64,000 bases of DNA from Lingula anatina (lineage: Eukaryota > Animalia > Brachiopoda): the NCBI GenBank assembly GCA_051362555.1, contig CM120641.1:48490401-48554400 (forward strand), read 5' to 3'. A program made the translations under genes and the position numbers. Positions 35,736-49,008 of the stretch are shown here, piece after piece. Numbering within the stretch: the stretch's first letter is position 1; each line of letters starts with the position of its first letter. The notes below the pieces were generated by a model that searched no databases, was not told the origin of the DNA, and saw only the letters and a list, made by a program, of their open reading frames with translations.

Positions 35736-38700
35736 CTGAAAGTTAAATGACTGAAAATGTACAATTTTATTCTTTTGACAGATCTCCATGGATTTTTTAT
35801 CAAACTTTACAAACTGGCAGTAGCCTTGATAAAATATTTCACATCCTCTTCTGAACAATTCCTACTGTGGCATGTCCATTGTGTAAGCAAAGTAAGTTTC
35901 TGAGCACCAGTTTCTTTGTATCATTTAACTTTTAGCACTGACAGTTAACAGGACTTCCTTCTTAATCTTGTTCTACACATTAAGTTAATATTACACCTTT
36001 CACAAATTTCTTTTCATTAAACAAATGGTGTTTTCATGACAAAAATGGACCCCAGATTGAACAGCAAACCAATACCATACCATATTCATCGTAGTAGAAC
36101 TCTTTTACAATTAATTCCCATTCAGCAGCATGATTAGTAAGGTCATCCTTCATGGTAGATTGTTCATTTCCATACAACTTCTGCCTGCAAATATATAATG
36201 ACTTCTTAAAACTGTGGTGATTGACTGTCACTTAACTTGAAAATATATGCTATTTCTACATAATTTCCTAACCAGTACTACCAGTATCTTAGGATAATTG
36301 CTACTAATTATTTGCTTTAATTGGTATTTCTAAATGTTATCAATATTTTTCAAAAGAGTAGGGTTACTGCTTAAATAAAGACTTACCAACTTTCAGGCAG
36401 ACTATCCAATGGTTTGAATACTATAATTATGGGATGGATGTTTGCCCCCACCATTCTCTTGATGCAAACAGACGGGAAACTGTGGACTGAGTGAAGGTTC
36501 TGGGGGAAAATAAACCACTGTGATCTTATCTTCACTTCACAAAACATTCTATTACTAGTGTATTTTCACCTTAACTTATAATTTACATTTTGAGAAAAAC
36601 GGAGAATAAATAAAGCACTCTTGTTTATACAGTTCAATTAAACTTCTACAGGTAGAAGTTCATTAAGTTGCAATACCATTATGTAAATCCATCTTGACTT
36701 GAATAAAACTGTACACATATATCAATTAAAATATCAAAATATGTCCTACATTTTCCATTGCTGTTTTGATTGCTTTGACAGTTATGCAGGAATATCCACT
36801 GTTATCTTTACTGTACCAGACCAGCTCATGGTTCAGAAGATGAGAGGCGACCTTGGCATGACCTTGCTCCACAGATTTGTCTATCTTCAGGTCTGAAAGT
36901 ATCAGAAATTTTGGAATTCCGGGAATTGAAGATACAAACAATGCACACATGTCAAAGAGACAACAACAGTTTCTTCAAACAAAAGTTAAACATATATTTT
37001 TCGACCCAATATAAGTCTTCTTTGAAGACAACTTATTTAGGGAATGAAACATCAAAACAGTATTGTGCATACATTTGTTGTAATTGTGAAGAATCTATTA
37101 TTGTAACTATCATATCATGGCTGATTTTTTGCTGTACACATAATAATGCCCCTGTATTAGATACTAGGTTATTAATGTATAAATTCATTACCAAATGTGG
37201 CATAAAGGTAGCATTAATGATTTGTTGAATGGTTACATACATGTACCAGTATTACCATGCAACAACACGGGGCAATTGTATATATGTCTTGAGAGATTAC
37301 ACAATGTATGCTTGGCACACTAAACTGTCATGGTTTTGCTTTTACTGGCATGCCCTTTTATTTACCTGGTTTGCAATGAATAAATTGCTGCCTCCCCGAG
37401 AGAATTTTTTTGATCAAGTGGTCCATCAACACAGGGGGTCCTATCAGCATTACTGGCCTGGGTTTTAAATCTGAAATTGAGAAAAATACTTTATACATTT
37501 AAGACATTTTTATTTGCAAAACGTAAAATGATTATTCCAAAAAATGAAATTCAGACACTGCTGTAGAAAATATCTACAAAGAATTTTCTGTACAACCCTG
37601 TAAAATTTTTTAAGAACACTAATTAGAATTAATTTAACAAAGACCAGCAGAATGCTGTTCTCTACTCACATTTGACTGGCTGAACTTCTGAGTATGGATT
37701 CCATGTGTGGAAATCACAGGTAAACTTGTCTGAAAGATAATTATGGACAGCTTTGATCTTGAAAATATAATCCTTTCAAAAACATTTGTTTGGCATTTAT
37801 ATTGCTTTTACACACTCTCTCTTTCTGAAGAGAGAGGGAAAAAGTAATTCCACTGTCAATCTTTTATTTCATTTTACTTAAAATTAGGAATAGAGAAAGG
37901 AAACCTGTTAAGGTTTGGCCCGTCTTAGCTGTTATGCACATCGGTGGAGATAGCGTTTTACTTTTTTGACTAGAGCACGCGCTTATAGTTAGTTATGTTC
38001 TGATCATTAAAAGTCACTAATTCCCGCAATGAGGTAAGACTTTATGAATCATTTAGTAATTTAAACAGTTAATAAGAACTTTATAAGTTGTAATTGTAAC
38101 ATAATTTAAGGATAATTTCTTAATTTGATGTATTTTGTTCATTTCAGTTTCTACGTGACAATTTCAATGACAAGCAAATAAAATAGATGTGAAAAAGACT
38201 AAAGAAGTTTGCTTATTCGTAACAGTAGAAACTCAGCGACGATTTAGTGAAAGATAATAGAAACTGAGCGACGATTTAGTGAAAGACGATCAGCATAGTA
38301 TTTAGAAAAGATGGCAACACAAGCGGAAATGTTACTGCTGCAAGCAGAACTGAAAAGGGTAGAGTCGGATATAGACCAAACCATGTGTGAGTTGGAAAAG
38401 CATTTTAATTTCACAAAGTCAAATATAAAAAAGACATCTACTCCCAAAAATGCACTAACATCTTGTGCCCCACTCACTTTGTGTGAGCAAACTACGATAG
38501 CAAAGGAACTCAGTAAACCAAGAATTCAGATTCAAGTATTTGAAGGTGACCCGATCAAATATGTGCTGTTTAAGAGACAGTTCAAAAGTAGAATCATAGA
38601 AACATGCGACTCTGACGATGAAAAACTGAACTATCTACTGCAATACACCAGAGGTGAGCCTCATGAAATTACGCTAGGATTCGCTCACTTAGATGCATCC

Positions 38701-41700
38701 ATTGGTTTCAAGGCCACATGGAAGGAATTTGAGAGAAGGTATGGGGACCAAGAACAGATTGCGACATCGTATATAAACCGTGCCTTACAGTGGCCAGTGA
38801 TAAAGCATGATGATTATGTCGCATTAGACAAATACGGCATATTTTTAAGGGAATGTGAATATGCAGTAAAAGAAATAGATGCCATTCCAGTCCTCGAGTA
38901 TCCCGATAACCTTAAGAGGCTAATGACGAAGCTGCCGCTCAAATTGCATGATAAATGGAGAAGCATAGTATATGAAAGGAAGGAAAGGGGACAGAAGATA
39001 ACCTTTCAGGTTTTCGTCGATTTTGTGCAGAAAGAAGCACGAAAATTGGCTGACCCCATTTTTGGAAAGGTTCCACCGCCACCAGAGAGACCTATACCAG
39101 CACCAAGGAGAAGAGTTCCAGCACAAACAGTACTGTCTAGTGCCTCTGCATCCAGCAACGAAAGACACGTTCACAAGTGTATATTATGCAAGGAACAACA
39201 TAAACTTCACCAATGCCCAGAAATGCAAGAAAAGACAATGGATGAAAGAATCGGCATTATAAAGAATAATGGGTTATGTTTTGGGTGCCTTGCATATGGT
39301 CACAGAAAACATGAATGCAGAAGTAAAATGAAATGCCAAAAATGTAACTCTTATCATCCAACAATTCTACATGATGACAATTACACTAGTAAAGTAGTGG
39401 GAGCAGCTGTATGCCATACCACCCACAGTTCTGAGAATGTGCATTCCATGATAGTGCCAGTTGTAGTACACCACGAGGGTAATCCAGACATTTATTCAGT
39501 GGTATATGCAGTGCTAGACGAGCAGTCAGATGCCTGCTTTGTAAAGTCCTCGACCCTCAGTGAACTCGAATGTAAAGGGAAGCATGTAGACATCAGACTT
39601 TCAACCATACTTGGAGAAAAAACCGTCCCGAGCAGGAAAGTTAGAGGACTTGTTGTGAGAGGTCTGAACCAAGAGACATTGATTGAGCTCCCAGATACAT
39701 ACTCCAGAGACTCCATTCCAGTTAAGCGATCACAGATACCCAGACCAGAAACTGCTAAGAAATGGCCACACTTGCACTCAATTGCTGATAAGATTACTCC
39801 TTATCGCCCAGACATAGAGGTAGGACTGCTGTTGGGAGTAAACTGTATGAAAGCCATTAGAGGTCTGGAGTACATACATGGTAGAGGAGAGGAGCCATAT
39901 GCATACAGATGTAACCTAGGTTGGGGTATAGTAGGGCCAGTGGACAAATCAAGACCCATAGATGAGAACAAGAGCTTTGGAACACATGCCTTTGCCTTTA
40001 GAACACAAGTGACAGAGATCAGCCCCGCTGAGGTTTGCAGTCTCTTTGACCAAGGTTTCGACCAACAGAAAGATGAGAAGTTAAGCCTTCAAGACCAGAA
40101 GTTCATGAAGATTATGGAGGAAGGCATACATTTCAACGAGGGATTTTACGAGATGCCACTACCATTTAAAGATGGACATCCAGCATTGCCAAACAACAAA
40201 CCAGCAGCTGAGATCAGGCTAGAGCAGCTAAGGAAAAAGCTAATCCACAACCCGAAGTATTATGAGCACTATAACAGTTTTATGCAGGACCTCATAGATA
40301 AATGCTATGCAGAAGAATCACCTCATGAAGATGGAGGTTGGTACTTACCACATCATGGTGTATATCACCCCAAGAAACGTGAGAAATTACGAGTGGTGTT
40401 TGATGCCAGTGCAAAACGTGAAAATGTTGCGCTAAACGACTGCCTGTTGAAAGGACCTGATCAGAATAACTCGCTCATAGGTGTTTTATTGAGGTTTAGA
40501 GAGCAGCCAGTAGCAATCATGGGTGACATGGAGAACATGTTTCACAGGTTTAAAGTGAAAGAAGAGGATAGAAAGTTTTTACAGTTCCTATGGTGGAAAG
40601 ACGGTGACCTCAGTAGTAATCCCATCACACACAGAATGACGTCTCATATATTTGGAGCGATAAGTTCACCAGCATGCGCATTGTATGGACTGAGGAAATT
40701 AGCAGAGGACTACCAAGATGAGTATTCACCAGACGTCATTGCCTTTCTTAAGAATGACTTCTATGTAGACGATGGACTCAAGAGCATCGAGTCAAGTGAA
40801 GAAGCTATACGTCTTGTTAGAGAAACAAGAGAGCTGCTGAACAAAGGTAACCTAAGACTTCACAAGCTAGTATCAAACAACCGTGAAGTGATGAATACAA
40901 TCCCAATGTCAGAGAGAGCCAAAGAAATGAGAAACATTGACCTTAACAGAGACACAATGCCAATATGCCCAGCTTTAGGAGTACAGTGGTGTGTAGAAGC
41001 GGACAGTTTTCAGTTTAAGGTCCAGATCAATGATAAGCCATTAACAAGAAGGGGAATTCTCTCCACTGTAAGTTCCATATTTGACCCTTTAGGCCTTGTC
41101 TCACCATTCATCCTTGCCGGTAAGAAAATTCTCCAAGAGCTATGCAGAGACGGTGCAGAGTGGGATGATCAAGTGCCAGAGAGTATTAGATACAGATGGG
41201 AAAGATGGCGCTCAGATTTGCTGAACTTAACCAAGTTGAATATACCACGGTGCTATAAGCCAAATGATTTTGGTGAAGTGACTACTGCAGAACTTCATCA
41301 CTTCTCAGATGCCAGTGTAGAAGGCCTAGGTCAGTGTAGTTACTTGAGACTTAAAAGCAACACAGGAAGAATAGCAACCACATTAGTTATGGGCAAGTCC
41401 AAGGTAGCTCCCTCTAAACCAGTGACAGTCCCACGCTTAGAGTTGTCAGCAGCAGTGATGTCTATAAAGGTGGGGACCTTTCTTGCCAAGGAGTTAGAGT
41501 ATGAGGACATCACCCATGTGTATTGGACTGACAGCAAAGTTGTTCTAGGGTATGTCAATAATGATGCTAAGAGATTTCATGTCTTTGTAGCAAATAGAAT
41601 ACAACAAATTAGAGAAGTCAGTCAGCCATCCCAATGGAGGCATGTTAAGTCCAGTGACAACCCAGCTGATATAGCCTCCAGGGGAACAGGTGTGACAGAG

Positions 41701-44700
41701 CTACTACAGAATGAACAGTGGTGGAGTGGGCCAGACTTTCTGCGCATTGATGAACCACTATCTACCACTGATACCCAATTCAGACTAGCACCAGATGACC
41801 CAGAAGTACGCAAATCTGAAGTCAATGTATTTGCTACTAAAGTAGAAACCAACCACGATCACTTGTCTGATGTATTGAAAAGGTTTTCTTCCTGGAACAG
41901 AGCAACACGAGTTGTTACGTGGTGTTTACGATTCATACAGAAGCTGAAACAAGCTAAGAACAGGAAATCTACACAGCAGAACACAGTTGAGACCAGCAAT
42001 GAACCGTTGAATGTTCAAGAAATACAAGTGGCAGAAAAGATCATTCTCAAGTCAACACAGACTGCTACATTTGAGAAGGAAATTGCAATACTGAAAGCAA
42101 TTAACAGAGAAGATAACAGTGAACACACAGAGAGAAAACAGGCAAGATATCGCAACAAACAAATCAAGAAAACCAGTTCACTATACCGCCTAGACCCATT
42201 TTTATGTGAAGACGGACTACTCAGAGTAGGTGGTCGTATAAAGAGGGCAAATCTACCCAGAGAGCTTACACACCCAGTGATTCTGCCTAAGCATCATCAC
42301 GTTACAAATCTCATAATTGACCACTATCATACACGATGCGGACATTCAGGAAGTGGCATTACTCTTAATGAAGTCCGAGCTAGTGGTTATTGGATAATTT
42401 CTGGCCGTGCCAAGATTGGATCATATATATGGAAATGTGTGACCTGTCGTAAGCTACGAGCAAACCCACAGAGTCAGAAAATGTCAGATCTTCCAGCTGA
42501 CAGACTGGAACCAGCACCTCCATTCACCTACAGTGCAGTAGATTTCTTTGGACCATTCTATGTGAAGGAAGGAAGAAAGCAGTTGAAGAGATATGGTGCT
42601 ATGTTTACATGTTTAGCATCACGTGCTATTCATATAGAAGTTGCGTATTCACTCAGCACAGATTCTTTCATTAACTGCTACAGACGCTTTGTATGCAGGC
42701 GTGGACCAGTACGTCTACTCAGAGCAGACCGTGGAACCAATTTCATTGGAGTTAAGGAGAGCAAGAAACTGCCTTTATGGATATGGATCAGGACAAGATC
42801 AGGAGAGAACTTCTGAAAGACCATTGTGACTGGATTCAGTTTGAAATGAATGTTCCTCATGCTTCACATATGGGAGGCGTGTGGGAAAGGATGATCAGAT
42901 CAGCCAGAAATGCTTTATCAGGACTTCTCACAGCTCACAGTGACCGTTTAGATGATGATTCCTTGTCCACATTGTTAACTGAGGCAGAAGCCATAGTTAA
43001 CAGTAGACCTCTGACTTACATTGATACACAGTCACCAGATTCTCCAATGCCTTTGTCTCCAAATCAGCTCCTGACCCTGAAAACTAAGGTCGTGATGCCG
43101 CCACCTGGGAATTTCATAAGGAAAGACACATACCTTCATCGAAGATGGCGACATGTTCAATATCTAGCCAATGAATTTTGGAACAGGTGGAGAAAGGAAT
43201 TTCTTCCTACATTACAAGAGAGAAAAAAGTGGATCAAACAACATAGAGATGTACAAGTTGGAGATATTGTTCTCATGATAGATGACAGTGCACCAAGAAA
43301 TCAGTGGCCACTTGGTCGCATAACAGAAACCTTTCAAAGTGCAGATGGATATGTGCGTAAGGTCAAGTTGAAAGTTAGGGACTCTACATATGAGAGACCA
43401 GTGCACAAGTTAATTCTTTTGTTGACCGGAGAAGACCCCGTCGAGGAGCCAAAATAATTATTAACTGTGACCATAATGTCAGTTTGTTATGATTCTATGC
43501 TACAATTTGTGTAGATTTAATGAACACTTGTTTCTAAAGACAGTTACGTTGGACTATTTGTGTTTATGAGATTGCAAGGTATTTTATGTTTAAATACGGT
43601 AATTAACAGTAAGTTTTGATGTTCCTTAAAGGTGTTTAAGGTACGGTAATTCTTAATTTCCGAGCAAATATTTTTTTTATACGTAATGATAAGGTAAACA
43701 GTGTATATTGTGTAAATTGCTTTCACAATTTAGGGGAGCCATGTTAAGGTTTGGCCCGTCTTAGCTGTTATGCACATCGGTGGAGATAGCGTTTTACTTT
43801 TTTGACTAGAGCACGCGCTTATAGTTAGTTATGTTCTGATCATTAAAAGTCACTAATTCCCGCAATGAGGTAAGACTTTATGAATCATTTAGTAATTTAA
43901 ACAGTTAATAAGAACTTTATAAGTTGTAATTGTAACATAATTTAAGGATAATTTCTTAATTTGATGTATTTTGTTCATTTCAGTTTCTACGTGACAATTT
44001 CAATGACAAGCAAATAAAATAGATGTGAAAAAGACTAAAGAAGTTTGCTTATTCGTAACAAAACCCTTCTCACTTCTAAAACCTTCTATGAAATTTTATT
44101 TTTTTAACATTTCCCTGCAAAAACCAGCCCCTTTCATACTGTACCTTACTTCCACACAAAAATAGGAAGATAAAACTTTAAAATTAAAAAAAGAAGAAAC
44201 ATCCAGGCTTGAATACCTGTAAGTAATGTTACACTAGCACATGGATAATATCTATTCATTTATTTATACTTGTATATACTAGTAATAAAAAGTGATATAA
44301 GCATGTAGGCTTCAGCCTGATGTGTTATTTATAAAGCAGTAATTACTTTCTCTTGGATATCCTGTCAATCTCTTAGCCACCCTGATCCCTGCATTGAAAG
44401 GAGTCATGAAACACCTGGGGGGCAGCTGGTGTGTCTGAGAATCCTGGTCGCGCTTAGAACGCCGCATGTCCGGGTAGTTATGGAGTGATGGTGGACACTG
44501 CATTTTCTCCGACTCTTCTACAGCTCTGGAAACAGTGTTTAATGAGAGATAAAGTGACTGTGATATTACAACTTTTTGTTAGGTAAGACACTGTATTAAA
44601 TTTGAACTTGCAACAATCTATTATAGAATTTTGGCTAGTATGCTTTACTAGGGTGGTGCTAGCAATGTTTTTCGTTTAGCCAAATTTATACTTTTTCATC

Positions 44701-46045
44701 ACTTTTTTCTCCAAATGGTTTAAATTTGACTAAAATTAGTCAAATCAACCCTATTTTGCTAGCCAATTTAAGTCAGTTTTAACTTTTGACTAAATTGGCG
44801 GGAGTGTTAGCGCTACCCCAGCTTTATACCTAGGCAGTAGTTTTGTGCTCTTTTCACAAAGTGTGATATGGTTATAAATCTATTTCAAACTCTTACATCC
44901 CTCCTAACACATTACCTCAATGAGGGCAGAAGTGGGAGAGGGGGGGTTGTTCCCTTTCAATAAGCGCAATGTGCAATGTTGCTCAAGGTTCTTTAAAGTT
45001 ATATATTTGAATATCTGATATATGTTATGTATGTCACCTGTTTTTTCAATTCTTTGCAATAAATATTTAGTGTTTATATCACAGCATCGCTTTCCTTAAA
45101 TAAGTAAACAAATTTCTGTGACTGTTCATGTTGACTGACAGAACCATACACTACCTTTTTATATCTGGGATGACAAGAGTTTTAACATGGCAGCCATTGT
45201 GTGGCTGTATGACGGTGGCTCTCCAATCTCGCCCCTCCCCGAGCCATGTGTTATTGACATGGAGAACATCACCAAGGTGACACGAGAGGCTTGGGAAACA
45301 TAAATTTGTCCTGCAGGAGAAGCGAGAGAATATGAATATATTACTCACTATCATAGCACAAAGTTTTTGGTGCTAAAATGGCAAAAAATGTCTAAATCTT
45401 GGAGATAAAACTTCAAAAAGAAAAAATGTTATTTTTTTTTAAGTTTAAAAATAATGAGGCTCATGACAGAAAATTAAACTGCTGGCAAATAGTAACAATT
45501 ATTTACATCTGAAAACTGCCAAAGAGTGTAAATATTTCAATACTGCCAATATATAGTTAGTTCTTAGTTACTATATTTCAAGAAAGAGAATTGTTCCCCT
45601 AAAATAAGCATCTTAAAATTTCATATATATAACAGCACAGAAATAAAAGATTATAAAGACGTCAAATTAAAACATTGACTGCCAAATTTTGTGCTTTTGA
45701 GAAAAGCAGAGCAGATGCAGTATGAAGCAGACTAGATGTAAATAACAGAATAGCTCTATAGTTTGCAACTTTCCTATGTGATGTTATTGCATAGAAACAG
45801 GTTACTGTGTTAAAATGGCAAGATAAATTCTTTCAACCAAGTCAAAAAATATTCATTCAAGCAGCAGAGTATAAAAAAATACACAAAATTGTAATCTTTT
45901 TTGTTTAAATCTAATAGATTTTGCTAGCAATAACTGGCTAAAAATGCTAGCACATACTAAATAAGCAGTGGAAATCATGCATAAAATGAAATCTTAAGAT
46001 CAAATAATTGCTGCCTCTGGTGCTGATAGAAAGAAGACTGTTCTT

Positions 46046-46125
<80 letters not shown>

Positions 46126-47121
46126 TGTTTTATAATTTGTTCAGTGTACTGAAAAGACTGATTAAAAATAAAGATTTTATGAATGGCCACATAAAAAATA
46201 TATGTATAGCCAGTTCAATTTTTACAGTAAACTAACCTACAAAGTACTAGGTAAATATCTACATTGCAGAGACTAATTCAAAGCAGAAATACTGAAACTT
46301 CAGTATTTAATAATTTACCTAATGAAAAAAGCATCTCCATTTTTACCTCTTGACAAAAGTTCTTGCAAAACTTGAAAACCTAAACAAAACAAGGACAATA
46401 TGCATGCAACATAAAAAACAAAGAATATGAAATCAAAGAAATTTCTTAAATTAAAAAAAAACCTTGATATTTAAGCGTGCAGTAAAAATGAAGAAGAGAT
46501 GAAACTGACCTACTGCGTTTCCCTGCACGGTGATTTGAACCTCTCCCTGTAGTTGCTGCAGAGTTTGTTTAGCTTGTGTCAACGTCTGCTCCCCCATCTC
46601 ACAGTGCTGACTGCACCCACTGGAGTCATTCCAACTCACCTGGAGGTACAACAAACTTGCAGGAATCTTAGCTTAAACACTGTCCAACATGTTACGTGTT
46701 AGGAAGGTAATAATTATGATAAGGCCTGAAGCTAGTTATTTCAAAGTGCGTTCTTTATCTTTAAAACAAGGCAGCAAAGCTGTCAAATGTACAGACAAAG
46801 AACAGAAAATAAAGATGCAAATAAGTGAAAAATTAAATTTTCACAAAAAACTGTTAAATTGCCAGAAAAATTTACCAAACAGACTGCGTTGCCTATTGAA
46901 GCTGTATTTTAGTCCAATGTTTCTTTCCTATAAGTTTGAGAACAGTAAGTGACATGATTTTCCTTAAATGTTGTTATTATTATTATTAATAAAATATTAG
47001 TAACATGGACATTCAGAAAATGTGACAAGCAAAAGTCTTCAAGATCATGGAACTTTAAAGTCACACCTTGAAAATGCCAATATGTGAAAAATTAAATTTT
47101 CACAAAAAACTGTTTAACTGC

Positions 47122-47159
<38 letters not shown>

Positions 47160-48976
47160 AAACAGACTGCATTGCCTACTGAAGCTGTATTTTAGTCCCA
47201 TGTTTCTTTCCTGTAAGTTTGAGAACAGAAAGTGACATGATTTTCCTTAAATGGTCATCATGGAAGCAGTGCCCAAAATAGGGGTTTCTTCAAATTTTAA
47301 TGTAACATTACATAATGTTTAACAGCATAATGACCATCAATTTTTAATAATAGAATATTAGTAACATGGACATTCAGAAAACGTGACAAGCAAAGGTCTT
47401 CAGGATCATAGAACTTCAAAGTCACACCTTGAAAATGCCAATATGTGAAAAATTAAATTTTCACAAAAAACTGTTTAACTGCCAGAAAAAATTACCAAAC
47501 AGACTGCATTGCCTACTGAAGCTGTATTTTAGTCCCATGTTTCTTTCCTGTAAGTTTGAGAACAGTAAGTGACATGATTTTCCTTAAATGGTCATCATGG
47601 GAGCAGTGCCCAAAATAGGGGTTTCTTCAAATTTTGATGCAATATTACATAATGTTTAACAGCTGAATGACCATCAATTTTTAATTATAAAATATTTGTA
47701 TCACAGATATTCAGAAAATGTGACTAGCAAAGGTCTTCAGGCCCATGGAACTTCAAAGTCACGCCTTGATAATGCCAAAATGTAAACAAGACAGCACTGT
47801 TCTGAAATGGGTTTATTTCCATTTTTAACACTTTTTTAACATAAAACAAAATAAACATTTTACTGCCATTTTTATATGACCAACTAAAAAAATTGATGAG
47901 ATGGGAAAAGTATCAATAGAACAGTGTTAAATGTCCAATTTCCTCCATTCTGAGATTCTGAACATAGTGGATGATTGAATCTGACAAACTGCAATGATAT
48001 GAGTTTATTTCCATTTTTGACACTTTATTACACAATACATGATAACAAGTTTACCATGTTTTTTACATAATCAACTAACAATGTTGTAAAGATGCAGGAA
48101 ATATCAAACAAACACTTTTAGGCATCTTATTAGTTAAATAATGAGACTGTTAACATGCTTAAGAATTGAATCTGAGGAAATGTGAAAAAAAAAAATTAAC
48201 TTCTAAAATAATGGCCCGATTATGCTGATTTTCGAACTCAACCTGCGTTTTAGTAAGATTGACCACTCCTGTGAGTATAATTACAATTGGCCAATCCGTT
48301 TTTCTTATATTGTGTTATCAGTGTTGCATTTATATTGAAAATAGTGAAAAAACAGCATAAATTCCCTCAAAATAGCCCAATCATGCTGATTTTCGAACTT
48401 GACCTGCGTATTATGAATATTCATCAGTTCTGTAAGTTTCAAGTCAAAAGGTAAAATGGTTTTCCACTTATCGTGTTATCGGTGCTGCTAATATATGCTG
48501 AAAAAAGTGAAAAAACAGCATAAATTACCTAAAAGTGACCCGATCATGCCGATTTTCGAACTTGACCTGCGTATTATGAATATTCATCAGTTCTGTAAGT
48601 TTCAAGTCAAAAGGTAAAATGGTTTTCCACTTATCGTGTTATCGGTGCTGCATATATGCTGAAAAAAGTGAAAAAACAGCATAAATTACCTAAAAGTGAC
48701 CCGATCATGCTGATTTTCGAACTTGACCTGCGTATTATGAATATTCATCAGTTCTGTAAGTTTCAAGTCAAAAGGTAAAATGGTTTTCCACTTATCGTGT
48801 TATCGGTGCTGCATATATGCTGAAAAAAGTGAAAAAACTGCATAAATTCCCTTAAAGTGACCCGATCATGCTGATTTTCGAACTTGACCTGCGTATTATG
48901 AATATTCATCAGTTCTGCAAGTTTCAAGTCAAAAGGTAAAATGGTTTTCCACTTATCGTGTTATCGGTAAAAGTGC

Positions 48977-49008
<32 letters not shown>

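Larger units (their letters stand above)
37906..44060 (+). mobile_element. Full-length BEL/Pao LTR retrotransposon in CARMA intron 20, antisense to the host gene
   Basis: Two 319-bp LTRs (TGTTA...TAACA), 5-bp TSD aaacc (37901-37905 / 44061-44065), PPT aggggag just before the 3' LTR, single gag-pol in PR-RT-RH-IN order. Confidence 0.97.

Noticed and set aside
43458-43741. env-like third ORF in the BEL element
   Set aside because: Only about 280 nt of AT-rich sequence lies between pol and the 3' LTR.
44415-44420. Alternative donor CAG|gtgttt for CARMA exon 20
   Set aside because: It gives phase 2, which hits a stop in exon 21; the donor at 44346 keeps the frame.
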